64,000 nt of DNA from an uncultured candidate division Zixibacteria bacterium (lineage in GTDB: Bacteria; Zixibacteria; MSB-5A5; GN15; PGXB01). Within the stretch, counting starts at the first letter, position 1; the number at the start of each line of letters is the position of its first letter. The position numbers and the translations under genes are program-made. The stretch spans positions 832,001 to 896,000 of the forward strand of contig OY969724.1 in assembly GCA_963702205.1 (NCBI GenBank), given 5' to 3'. Positions 38,837 through 47,700 of this stretch are shown here, piece after piece. The notes beneath the pieces are model-generated. The model did not search any database. It saw nothing but the letters and a program-made list of their open reading frames with translations, and was not told the origin of the DNA.

Positions 38837-40172
38837 TCAAGTTTGGGGTTTTATTCCGAGTTTTTTCATTTTCCGCCACAAGGTCGTCTTGTGCATATTC
38901 AGGGCCTCGGCCGCCTTGGCCCGATTCCAGTTACATTGGTGAAGCGTGTTTTTGATAAATTCGGCCTCGAGATCGTCGATTGAATTTATCGCGGTGCGCT
39001 TTTCGTCCTTTTCCGGTCGAAGGTACTCGGGCAGATCATCGACCGTTATCTCACCCGACCGGTTGAGGACAAAGGCGTGCTCGATGATATTCTCGAGTTC
39101 CCGAACGTTACCGGGGAAATCGTGGTTCATGAGTAATGCCAGCGCCTGTGCCGAAATGCCGGTAACCGCTTTGTGTTTCAATTTATTGAATTGCGAAATG
39201 AAATGGTTGGCCAGCAGCGGAATATCCTCGCTGCGTTCGCGCAGCGGCGGGAGTTGTATTTTGATGACGTTAATTCGATAGTACAGGTCTTCTCTGAACC
39301 TGCTTTCTTTGATCATCTTTTCCAGGCTTTTATTGGTAGCGGCGATGATACGTACATTGGACCTGGTCGATTCGGTTGCGCCCAGCGGTTCATACGTCTT
39401 TTCCTGCAGGACCCGCAGGAGTCTGACCTGAAGGGCCGGAGAGATGTCCCCGATTTCATCGAGGAACAGCGTTCCGCCTTCGGCCAAAGCGAAGCGCCCC
39501 GGTTTATCTTTGCGGGCGTCGGTAAACGCGCCGGCTTTATACCCGAAAAGTTCCGATTCCAACAGTGTGTCGGGCAGGGCCCCGCAATTTATGGTGATCA
39601 GTTTTTTCGCCTTCCTGCGCGACAGGTTGTGAATCGCGCGGGCGAACAGTTCCTTGCCGACCCCGCTTTCTCCCTCGATTAAAACGACACTGTCGCTTTC
39701 GGCAATAGTCGGGAGTATGTCGAAAATCTCGTGGAGTTTTTTGTTTTTGGTGATAATGTCCTGAAAGGAGTATTTTTTCTGGAGTTGCCTTTTTAAAGCT
39801 TCGACAGGTACTCAGGTCACGAAAGGTTTCCACGCCCCCGATGATCCTGCCGCCGCCGTCTTTCAGCAGAGCCGTCGATATGGAAATGGGTACGGTCTCA
39901 CCCGAGGCGTTAATTATATATACTTGGCGGTTTATGATTTGACGGCCGCTTTCGAAGGTCTTTCTCAGGGCGCACTCGTTTTCGCAGATGGAGGCCTTGA
40001 AAATATCGCAGCATTGACGGCCGATGGCTTCAACCTTGGGAACGCCCGTAATCGACTCGGCCGCTTTGTTGAACGATGTAATCTGCCAGTCTTGGTTGAC
40101 GGTAAAGACGCCATCGGCGATGGAATCGAGAATTATATCGGTCGAGTCTTCTTGTTTGGCTTCACGCTTCAT
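38837..40172 (-). CDS. PAS sigma54 activator (OrpR-like); +1 frameshift at 39807
   Basis: Removing one G from GGTACT (39807-39812) gives [31 protein letters not shown] (444 aa); paralog of 1754..3064. Confidence 0.9.
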
Positions 40173-40228
40173 AATCCAGCCTTTTTATCAATACATAATA
40201 TATACGCAGTTGTTGCAAAAATGCAAGC

Positions 40229-40504
40229 TTATATCAAATATGCAATATATTGTTGAAGGCAGTATTGTCCGGTTTTTGGCCAACGGCAGCCGCCCTGGAC
40301 TTTCCAGATCGTTTTCTTTATCGGCTCATTGAATTTCTTGAAGGCGTTTTCGAGGTTTATCAAATCGACGGCCGCTCCGGTGCGAAAATGATATAAATTG
40401 ACTTCATCCTTGAGAGCGTTCGGCATGGGCGGTGTGATATTGAAAAAGAGATATCTGGACTGATCGGTCGTTTTGTGCAGGATATAGTTGTCGGCCTGCC
40501 CCAA
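40229..40504 (-). pseudogene. Possible gene remnant
   Basis: Protein-like reading frame with no convincing start or RBS. Confidence 0.25.
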
Positions 40505-40631
40505 AAATCTCGCCGGCAGACAAGCCTTTTGGCGGTCGCCGATGTGTAGCTCCGGGCGCTCTTATATAGAGCCGGTTTCGTCGTTCTTATTGTGATGGAG
40601 ATTAACCAAAAATCGTTTCGCTCGAAAAATG

Positions 40632-42197
40632 TCAGGCGGCGTCGACGTCGCGAATATTACAATTGGAACAGGTTTTGTCCGAAGACAGCAAATAAGCATT
40701 GGGGTCATGGTGTATGGCACCGGCGGGCAGCCAATCCCAGAATTCTCCGAGGTTGCTTCGTATTTTTTCGACAAAATAATCCGGTATCTCGGTCGTTTCC
40801 TGTTCGAAAAACCGTTGAAACGAGGGATCCGTTTGCAGTTGGTGTCGAATTTCGCTAAAATATTTGAGCCGACCGAAATGTTCCGATGAAAAGCCGCGCA
40901 CGACGTTAAGCCATCTGGGGATAGTCTCCCCGTTGGCCATGAACCGTCTGAGAATCATTGACGGAGAAAATGAATATTTGGTCATATCGATGAGATAGTC
41001 GTAGAATTCCAGCCACGGGTAGTTTTTCGGTTTGATGTTCATCTGGATATTACTGAGGAAATGAAAAGGAATCGGTAAGACGCGATTGGCCCGTTGAAAT
41101 TCGAGATTCAATGGAGCCGCCTGTCCGAAAGCCGAAAGCATCGAATAAGCGGGAAATGTGCCCGGACTTAAATCCAGAAATCGTTTGGTAAGTTCGAATG
41201 GCTCCGGACCCTCGTCACCGTCGAGTCCGAAAATGTGGTTGGTTTGCACGTAAGGAATATAGTGCAAAATCATATTTACCTGATCGGAAACCAATTTGAC
41301 TTTTTCAATTCCGGTACTGTTTCCGGTTTTCGATTTTTTCCCCATGTCAAACCACGATTCAATACCCGGTAACAGGGCTTTGAAGCCGTTGTGTTTAAGC
41401 CGCTTTACGCGTTCTTCCGAAAGAAGCGACAGCGTCGATTCGGCGATAAAGTCAATGCTCCCCGGCGGGGCCGCTTCCTCTATGGTATCCATGCTTCGCT
41501 CAAAACGAATTCCGAAATTGGGGTCATGCCACGATACACGCGGGTGCTTCACTTTTTTTAGCAAAAAGCGAAGGTCTTCCTTTATGGCATCCATATCCAG
41601 CGGCTGATACGGCACGGAAGAATCGATACAAAAGGCACAGGAATAGGGACACCCCAGGCTGCTTAAAAGCGGGACTATCTTTATGAATGGGGCTTTTTTG
41701 AGAGTCTGCTCTATGAACTTCCAGCGTTCGCTTACGCCGGGCAGCGAAATCGGGTGTTTATCGGCGGTGAGATGCAAACCAAGGGGTCGGTGTCCGGAAC
41801 AATCCATGAGGACTTCATGAATCAGGGCTTTATCTGTAAATCCCAGCACATAATCGAAATATTTTTGAGCGTCCTGCGGATAACAGCGTGCGTGTGGCCC
41901 ACCGATGGCGGTGATGGCACCTCTTGATCGAAGCAAGTTGCTCAGAGAATAAGATAACAACGCCGCTTCGGTAAATGAACTTATGAATACGAAATCGACT
42001 TTGGCGGGCAGTTCTTTGATGAGATCTTCGCGACCGGTATATGTTACCAGAGTGACGTCATGCCCCTGCTCTTCGCACCATGTGGCTACGACCTGCGGCA
42101 TTATGCTGACGAAGTTCGCACCCATGACGCGCATCCACATTGTTCTGGTCGGGGCTTTGGCCACAAGGTCGATTATGCCGATCGAGAGCTTTCTCAT
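40632..42197 (-). CDS. Radical SAM protein with N-terminal B12-binding-like domain
   Basis: GGPHA, GCPYSCAFC, DPNFG, GIES. Confidence 0.88.
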   Translation of the reverse strand: MRKLSIGIIDLVAKAPTRTMWMRVMGANFVSIMPQVVATWCEEQGHDVTLVTYTGREDLIKELPAKVDFVFISSFTEAALLSYSLSNLLRSRGAITAIGGPHARCYPQDAQKYFDYVLGFTDKALIHEVLMDCSGHRPLGLHLTADKHPISLPGVSERWKFIEQTLKKAPFIKIVPLLSSLGCPYSCAFCIDSSVPYQPLDMDAIKEDLRFLLKKVKHPRVSWHDPNFGIRFERSMDTIEEAAPPGSIDFIAESTLSLLSEERVKRLKHNGFKALLPGIESWFDMGKKSKTGNSTGIEKVKLVSDQVNMILHYIPYVQTNHIFGLDGDEGPEPFELTKRFLDLSPGTFPAYSMLSAFGQAAPLNLEFQRANRVLPIPFHFLSNIQMNIKPKNYPWLEFYDYLIDMTKYSFSPSMILRRFMANGETIPRWLNVVRGFSSEHFGRLKYFSEIRHQLQTDPSFQRFFEQETTEIPDYFVEKIRSNLGEFWDWLPAGAIHHDPNAYLLSSDKTCSNCNIRDVDAA

Positions 42198-42224
42198 GTT
42201 TGTTGTGTCCTGTCTCGCTCGATA

Positions 42225-42848
42225 TTAGTGTATTTTATTCGATGCATGCGGTTCATATTGTGGTTTATCATAGATCCTTCCTCTTTTGTCTCCGACAGTA
42301 GCGAAAAGCCTTCTCTGCAGGAGTTTGCGGCCTCGATTCAGTCCGGATTTTACAGTCTCCAAACTGATTTTCGCAATTTCGGATATCTCTCGATAAGAAA
42401 AACCACGCATCATTGACAAAGTCGTTATGAGCCTGATATCGTCGGGCAGCGATCTAATGGCTTGAATTAAATCGTTTTCGGATATAGCCGCCATCGGTAT
42501 CCGATCGTGCGTTCCCGGCGGATATTGATTTACCCATCGGGAATATGCCATATATCCTTCGATTTCTTCGGCTCGATCTATTTCGGCCACCGCATCGGGT
42601 ATTCCCCTGAACTTTTCGACGAGAAGGTCCGTCATAATTCCGAAAAGCCAAATGGGGCAATCCGGGATGAATTGGTGCCTATTCCATAATCGATAGGCTC
42701 TGACAAATGATTCCTGGACTATGGCTTGCGCATCGGATTCATTGTTCAGGACGCACAGAGCCATACCATAAAGATTATCCAATTGGGGCAAAGTATACGT
42801 TTTAAAGCTGTTCTTTTCAGTTCTCGTTGGCATTGCGTGCACCGTCAA
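42225..42848 (-). CDS. ECF-type sigma factor
   Basis: DAQAIVQESFVRAY, WLFGI, GFSYREISE..TVKSGLNRGR. Confidence 0.8.
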   Translation of the reverse strand: MTVHAMPTRTEKNSFKTYTLPQLDNLYGMALCVLNNESDAQAIVQESFVRAYRLWNRHQFIPDCPIWLFGIMTDLLVEKFRGIPDAVAEIDRAEEIEGYMAYSRWVNQYPPGTHDRIPMAAISENDLIQAIRSLPDDIRLITTLSMMRGFSYREISEIAKISLETVKSGLNRGRKLLQRRLFATVGDKRGRIYDKPQYEPHASNKIH

Positions 42849-42892
42849 TTATTTTTGTATGTCGCTCGCAAAATTTCTTGTTCAAGAAAGGC

Positions 42893-43135
42893 TCAGGTTT
42901 TGTGGACTTTTTTGGGATGAGATTCAAATAGTTTGGCGGCCTGAGGCTCCCGGTTTTTGATACCACCAATGACGCGATTTCTGACTTCGGTCGTTGTCAT
43001 ATTCTCGTGGTATCTGATGCCATCGGTTATTTTTTCAGCGGTTTCCTGACTTATGCCCGCATTCACCATCGAATTGAGGATTTTGCTTAACGTAAAAGCC
43101 TCTTCCTTGCCTGATCGTTTCGTAATCGTAAGCAT
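42893..43135 (-). CDS. Stand-alone ATP-cone domain protein
   Basis: ITKRSGKEEAFTLSKI..TTTEVR. Confidence 0.8.
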   Translation of the reverse strand: MLTITKRSGKEEAFTLSKILNSMVNAGISQETAEKITDGIRYHENMTTTEVRNRVIGGIKNREPQAAKLFESHPKKVHKT

Positions 43136-43377
43136 ATTTCCGTTTTCCTTTCATATCCGTGCTAATAATATCCGGCCCAACGTCTTTGTTTTGCCCTCAA
43201 TGATTGCCGGATCGGCCATGTTATGAAGCCTGTCGGTGTCGGTGTGGGTTTGAGATATCTGACCTATATTGCAGACGCCGATAGCGCGCACCTTAGGCAC
43301 CGAAAATAATATAGAGGTTTAGGACAGAAGGTCAATCGCCCGAACGATTGAAAAAGGGATTAGTCCCTTGGATTGAG

Positions 43378-44070
43378 CTATTGCTTTCGCTTTTTTGCGG
43401 CGTTTTTTGACGACGTTCGCACCATTCCCTCGGTGAGGGCGAAGCTGGCCAATTCCAGGCGGGTGCGGAGCGCAAGTTTTTCGAGAGTATTATGAACGTG
43501 ACTTTTAACGGTATGTACGGCGATATTCAATTCCCGGGCTATTTCCTTGTTGCTCATACCCCTTGAAATGAGGTCAACCACCTCGTGCTCCCGGCGGGTC
43601 AGCTTGACAGCTTTCATCAAGTGATCCGCTTTCCCGGTTTGAACGGCGTACTCGACGACATGAGAAAACAATGATCCCGTCAGTGGCGGCGGCAGGACTT
43701 TTTTTCCTTCGGCGACCGACCTGATCGTGTGCAGGAAATCTTCGATAGTGGCATCCTTAAGAATAAAGCCGGCTACACCGGCTTTGACAAATTCGACAAC
43801 CTCGGCTTGCACCGGCATAAGATCCATCACCACGATCTCGGCCTTCGAATATTCTCGTTTAATCATTTCAGCAATTCGCAGGCTGTTCTGACTTCTCAGA
43901 CCTAGGTCGAGCAGGACAACCTGTGGTTTCAACTTCTTCGCTTTTTCGAGAGCATCGCCATTGCCGGTGGCCGAGACGGCTCGGATGTCCGGCTGTTCGT
44001 TGAGCATGGCAGTAATACCCTCCCTCAAGAGCCGGTTATCTTCAATTAAAAGGACCCTGATCTTTAACAC
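43378..44070 (-). CDS. NarL/LuxR-family response regulator
   Basis: Receiver (IEDN, LLD, FILK) plus LTRRE..GMSNKEIA..TVKSH. Confidence 0.95.
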   Translation of the reverse strand: MLKIRVLLIEDNRLLREGITAMLNEQPDIRAVSATGNGDALEKAKKLKPQVVLLDLGLRSQNSLRIAEMIKREYSKAEIVVMDLMPVQAEVVEFVKAGVAGFILKDATIEDFLHTIRSVAEGKKVLPPPLTGSLFSHVVEYAVQTGKADHLMKAVKLTRREHEVVDLISRGMSNKEIARELNIAVHTVKSHVHNTLEKLALRTRLELASFALTEGMVRTSSKNAAKKRKQ

Positions 44071-44198
44071 TTATATTTCTCCAAAACGGATTATCAGAAA
44101 ATCATGAAAAAAATAAAATATTGCCGGAAAATCGTCAAGCACAAAAATCGAATTTTGTCTGAAGGTGTATATGCTTTTATTTTAAAGCCACCGTGGGC

Positions 44199-44226
44199 AA
44201 AAAAGAAGGCGGTCTTTCGGCCGCCC
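44199..44226 (-). terminator. Rho-independent terminator
   Basis: GGCGGCC-GAAA-GACCGCC followed by a U-rich tail on the minus strand. Confidence 0.65.
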
Positions 44227-44244
44227 AGGTCTTGACAGGCATCT

Positions 44245-46896
44245 TTACATCGGGCAGACGGGTGTCTCGCCCGGCGGGGTGTCATATATGCAGGCGATCA
44301 ATCGCAATATATCTATAAGGTTGACCGCGTGATCGCCGTTGGCGTCGAGCAGGGCGTCACAGCCGTCCGGGTTGGGCGGGTCGCCATAGGGGTCGTCGTA
44401 GACGTATGAAATGGCGAACAGAATATCCAAAAGATTGACGAGCCCGTCGCTGTTGGCGTCGCCGGGGATTCCATGAGCGAGACAGCAATTCGCCTCGCAG
44501 GCGTCGCCGATCCCGTTGCCGTTGCTGTCGGTTTGGTCGGGATTATAGTCGTCGGGGCAGTTGTCGTTGGTGCACGTGTTCGCGGCGAAGTCGGGATCGC
44601 CGTAACCGTCGCCGTCGCTGTCATTACAGAAAAGAAGTTTCAGAGTCGGGTCACCGTTGAGAACCAGCCCGTAGGACCATTCCTGCTCCCAGAGTTCGTA
44701 CGGCGCCTGGGCCTGAAACCAGGCCAGCATGGCCTGGCCGACGGTTTCGTTATCCTGCGCGAGCGGCCCGGTGAAATCCTGGAAGTTGAGCATACTCCCG
44801 CTCTTGGACGAGGCGATCGTGATCAGTCCCGTCGACGTGTTAAAAATGTATGACCCGGCGAGGTAGTTGTCGTCGGTGAATTGCCCCGGTCCGCACGAAA
44901 ACAGATTGTAAAACAAAACCGGCGGATCGCGCTCCTGTATGGTCGATGAGTAAACCCAGTCGCCGTCGCCGTCGAAGCAGGCGGCCAGATCGAACGGACG
45001 TCCGCTGCCGGTGCACCGTTGCCATGTTCCCATAGAAGCTGCCGCGTTTTCGTACGGAGCAACACCGCCTTCGTCCCCGAGGTAATCGGTCGCAAGACGG
45101 GTGTTTATGTCGGGATTCAAATAAGGGCCGTTGACGAGCCAGGTGCCGACGTGAGAGATCGGGACGGCTTCAGGATCATAAGTCAATCCGCTGACCGGGC
45201 TGCCGTCGGCCTGACAGAACCGGGCACTGAATCCGTGCGTGCCCATCCACTGCGATACTTTAACCAGCAGCCGGTTTTCACCGGCGTTCAACGAGACGTT
45301 GATTTTGGACATATCCGGTTCATAGCCGCCGTAGACATTGGCATAAAGCACTTCCGATCCATTCAGCCAGACGCGGGCGCCGTCGTCATAGCCCACCCAG
45401 AGCTGGCAATTTTGCGGGGTTTCGGAGTAAACCCGGGCATAAGCGTAGCATGCCCCGTAATCGTGCTGATCGTACGCCGACATATCGATGTATGGGCTCT
45501 CGGAATTGACCGTCGTCCAGAAGTGACCGCCCATCGTGGTTCCCTCGGTGGGATTGATAGTACTCTCGGTCGTACCAAGATAATTGGTGGTGAGGTAGCT
45601 CCAGAAATTGTCGGCTATGTCCTCGTGGAATCCGTTCAAAAGCCAGCTGCGGATAAACTCCGCTTCTTTCGGATAGCTCGAAGGATCATTCACCTGATAT
45701 TTAAAGTCCGAGAATGTATTGTACGATGGGTCGACAAAACGAGCCGAAAAACGGAAATCGCCGCCGTCCTGACTGACTTTGCACAGCAGCCGGTTCCATC
45801 CCTCCTGCAGGAAGACGACCGCTTCGTAGGCGTCTTCCGTCCAGCCGCCGTAGCGGTCGTTGGTATAAACAGGCGCACCATTAAGCCATACTTTTATGCC
45901 ATCGTCGCTGCCGAGCAGAAGTTTGGCGGCGCGCGTAGTCGGGCTGTAGACGTACACGTGGGCGTACGCCGCCGATTCGGTCGGCCGGGTCCCGAAATGA
46001 TGGCCGCCCGAATAGCTGTGGGCGCAGACGGTAACGAAATGACGGCCTTCATCGAGTTTGTCGAGATAATCCGCGCCGGTCGTGTAATAACCGTAATCGT
46101 GACTGACCACGCTGTCGGCATAGACAAGATCGAGGTTGACCGCCATATCCCACCAGTCTTCTTCGACGTATTCCATGCCGCGCCAGGGCTCGGTCAATTC
46201 GTACTGACGGTACGCGTGAGCTTTGGTGAAATACTCGTTGACCATATTGGCTTCGGTATCGTACGACAGCGTGTGGGCGTACAGCCTTCCGATATAAACT
46301 TCCGGCGCCATATCGCCGATCCCGGCGGTATGGACTTCGTACACCCCGTCGGAATTGTTGTCCTCCCAGTTGCCGTCGAGGTCCATGTAAAACAGGTCGC
46401 ACGGAAATTGATCTCCCGACACCTCGGCCCAGGCGGCGGTGACGTCACCGATAAAAATGAAACCTTCGCTGCCTTCGTTGTACCGTCCGGTCACCCAGTT
46501 CTTGATATCCTGAGGGGTGCCGCCCGATACGGTACTTACTTCGACTTTGTAACCTTCGGCTTCGATATCTGTAATGTATTGATTCAAAGCGGTAAGAATA
46601 TACGGATATAGGGCGGCGTCGACCAGAATGGAAAAGTCGGTGTCGAGTTTATCTTGCGATGCGCCTGCATTTTTAAAATTGGGCGAAGTGATCGGATGGG
46701 CTTTGATGTATTCGGCATATTTTCCGGGCACCACTCCGGGCGGAGCGTACCATTCCAGTTTCTTGATATTGCGTCCGTCGATTCCGGTTGGATGCGGCGT
46801 TGAGTCGCCGGAGGAATCGTCGGCGGCCGCTAATGATATGGTTGCCAAAAGAATCAAAGCTGCAAGAACTGCTGAAAGTCTCAGGATTTTGATCAT
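44245..46896 (-). CDS. Peptidase C25 (gingipain-like) protein with inserted PA14-like domains, TSP3-like repeat and dockerin
   Basis: FIGDV, DLFYMDLDG, PEVYIGRL, AHS..SCGPG, NGDPTL; SDDG/YDDG..VWLNG twice; DNCP..NPDQ.D; GDANSD dockerin; start MIKILRL. Confidence 0.82.
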   Translation of the reverse strand: MIKILRLSAVLAALILLATISLAAADDSSGDSTPHPTGIDGRNIKKLEWYAPPGVVPGKYAEYIKAHPITSPNFKNAGASQDKLDTDFSILVDAALYPYILTALNQYITDIEAEGYKVEVSTVSGGTPQDIKNWVTGRYNEGSEGFIFIGDVTAAWAEVSGDQFPCDLFYMDLDGNWEDNNSDGVYEVHTAGIGDMAPEVYIGRLYAHTLSYDTEANMVNEYFTKAHAYRQYELTEPWRGMEYVEEDWWDMAVNLDLVYADSVVSHDYGYYTTGADYLDKLDEGRHFVTVCAHSYSGGHHFGTRPTESAAYAHVYVYSPTTRAAKLLLGSDDGIKVWLNGAPVYTNDRYGGWTEDAYEAVVFLQEGWNRLLCKVSQDGGDFRFSARFVDPSYNTFSDFKYQVNDPSSYPKEAEFIRSWLLNGFHEDIADNFWSYLTTNYLGTTESTINPTEGTTMGGHFWTTVNSESPYIDMSAYDQHDYGACYAYARVYSETPQNCQLWVGYDDGARVWLNGSEVLYANVYGGYEPDMSKINVSLNAGENRLLVKVSQWMGTHGFSARFCQADGSPVSGLTYDPEAVPISHVGTWLVNGPYLNPDINTRLATDYLGDEGGVAPYENAAASMGTWQRCTGSGRPFDLAACFDGDGDWVYSSTIQERDPPVLFYNLFSCGPGQFTDDNYLAGSYIFNTSTGLITIASSKSGSMLNFQDFTGPLAQDNETVGQAMLAWFQAQAPYELWEQEWSYGLVLNGDPTLKLLFCNDSDGDGYGDPDFAANTCTNDNCPDDYNPDQTDSNGNGIGDACEANCCLAHGIPGDANSDGLVNLLDILFAISYVYDDPYGDPPNPDGCDALLDANGDHAVNLIDILRLIACIYDTPPGETPVCPM

Positions 46897-47095
46897 GTTG
46901 TCACACCCTGCGGTAAAATGGAGCGAAAGGTCATAATTTGTTTTAATAGAATATAATAAGGAACGCCGTAAAAGCAAGCGCGAGTTTCACTTGCATGGTC
47001 CGGTTCTTACCGGTATTGTATAGTGCCGGATAAAGTCGGTGTGTAAGGCTAAGAGCGATAATTAGTTGGGTCCGCACAAGGAAGATTGCCCCAAT

Positions 47096-47122
47096 AAAAA
47101 AGGCGGCTGAACCGCCGCCTTT
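47096..47122 (-). terminator. Rho-independent terminator
   Basis: aaaaaaggcggc-tgaacc-gccgccttt. Confidence 0.75.
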
Positions 47123-47143
47123 ATTTCTATCACACGCAATAGC

Positions 47144-47641
47144 CTAAATCAATGGACAGATCGGGGCGGGCCCGGGAGGAGTGTTATATTTATAAGCTAT
47201 CAAATACAAAATATCTATCAGGTTAACTGCCGTATCTCCGGTGGCATCCATTAGTTCATCGCAGTCATCCGGATTGCCCGGCCCCGGCGGCGTGTTGTAC
47301 TTGTAAGCGATAAGGTGCAAAATGTCCAGGAGGTTGACGGCGTGATCGCTGTTGGCATCGCCGGGCGTTCCCCAGTCGATACAGCAGTTTCCGGAACCGG
47401 CATCGAACACTTGCCAGAATCCCTGATTTACGCTATAGCTCGTCGATGTCCCTGAACCGATAGCCGTCTGACCGACGGTCCCGCTTAAAACATAGTTGGT
47501 GGATGTACCGTTCATGCTTCCGCCGCCGGAGATTACCTGCCATTTGATCTCTTCGCCGGATTTGGTATCGGCCGAGACATATGTCATCATCCCGGTAATC
47601 AAAAGCAGGGAACAAAGACAATACATTATTTTGGTCTTCAT
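47144..47641 (-). CDS. Small secreted adaptor-dockerin protein (paralog of 15512..16004)
   Basis: ADTKSGEEIKWQVISGGG..QGFWQ; CCIDWGTPGDANSD dockerin. Confidence 0.9.
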   Translation of the reverse strand: MKTKIMYCLCSLLLITGMMTYVSADTKSGEEIKWQVISGGGSMNGTSTNYVLSGTVGQTAIGSGTSTSYSVNQGFWQVFDAGSGNCCIDWGTPGDANSDHAVNLLDILHLIAYKYNTPPGPGNPDDCDELMDATGDTAVNLIDILYLIAYKYNTPPGPAPICPLI

Positions 47642-47700
47642 ATTATTACCTGTGATCCATGACACATTATTGCGTTGATTCGATTCGCCTGCATACTTTA

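Noticed and set aside
26300..40172. True pseudogenes or programmed ribosomal frameshifts at the split ORFs
   Set aside because: No slippery heptamers, no other decay, and all breaks share the AGTAC context; treated as probable sequencing errors pending read checks
45019..46611. 530-aa + strand ORF and many other antisense ORFs (e.g. 29576..30286, 35330..36178, 56885..57700, 61817..62611)
   Set aside because: They are shadows of well-supported opposite-strand genes in GC-rich coding sequence and have no recognisable motifs
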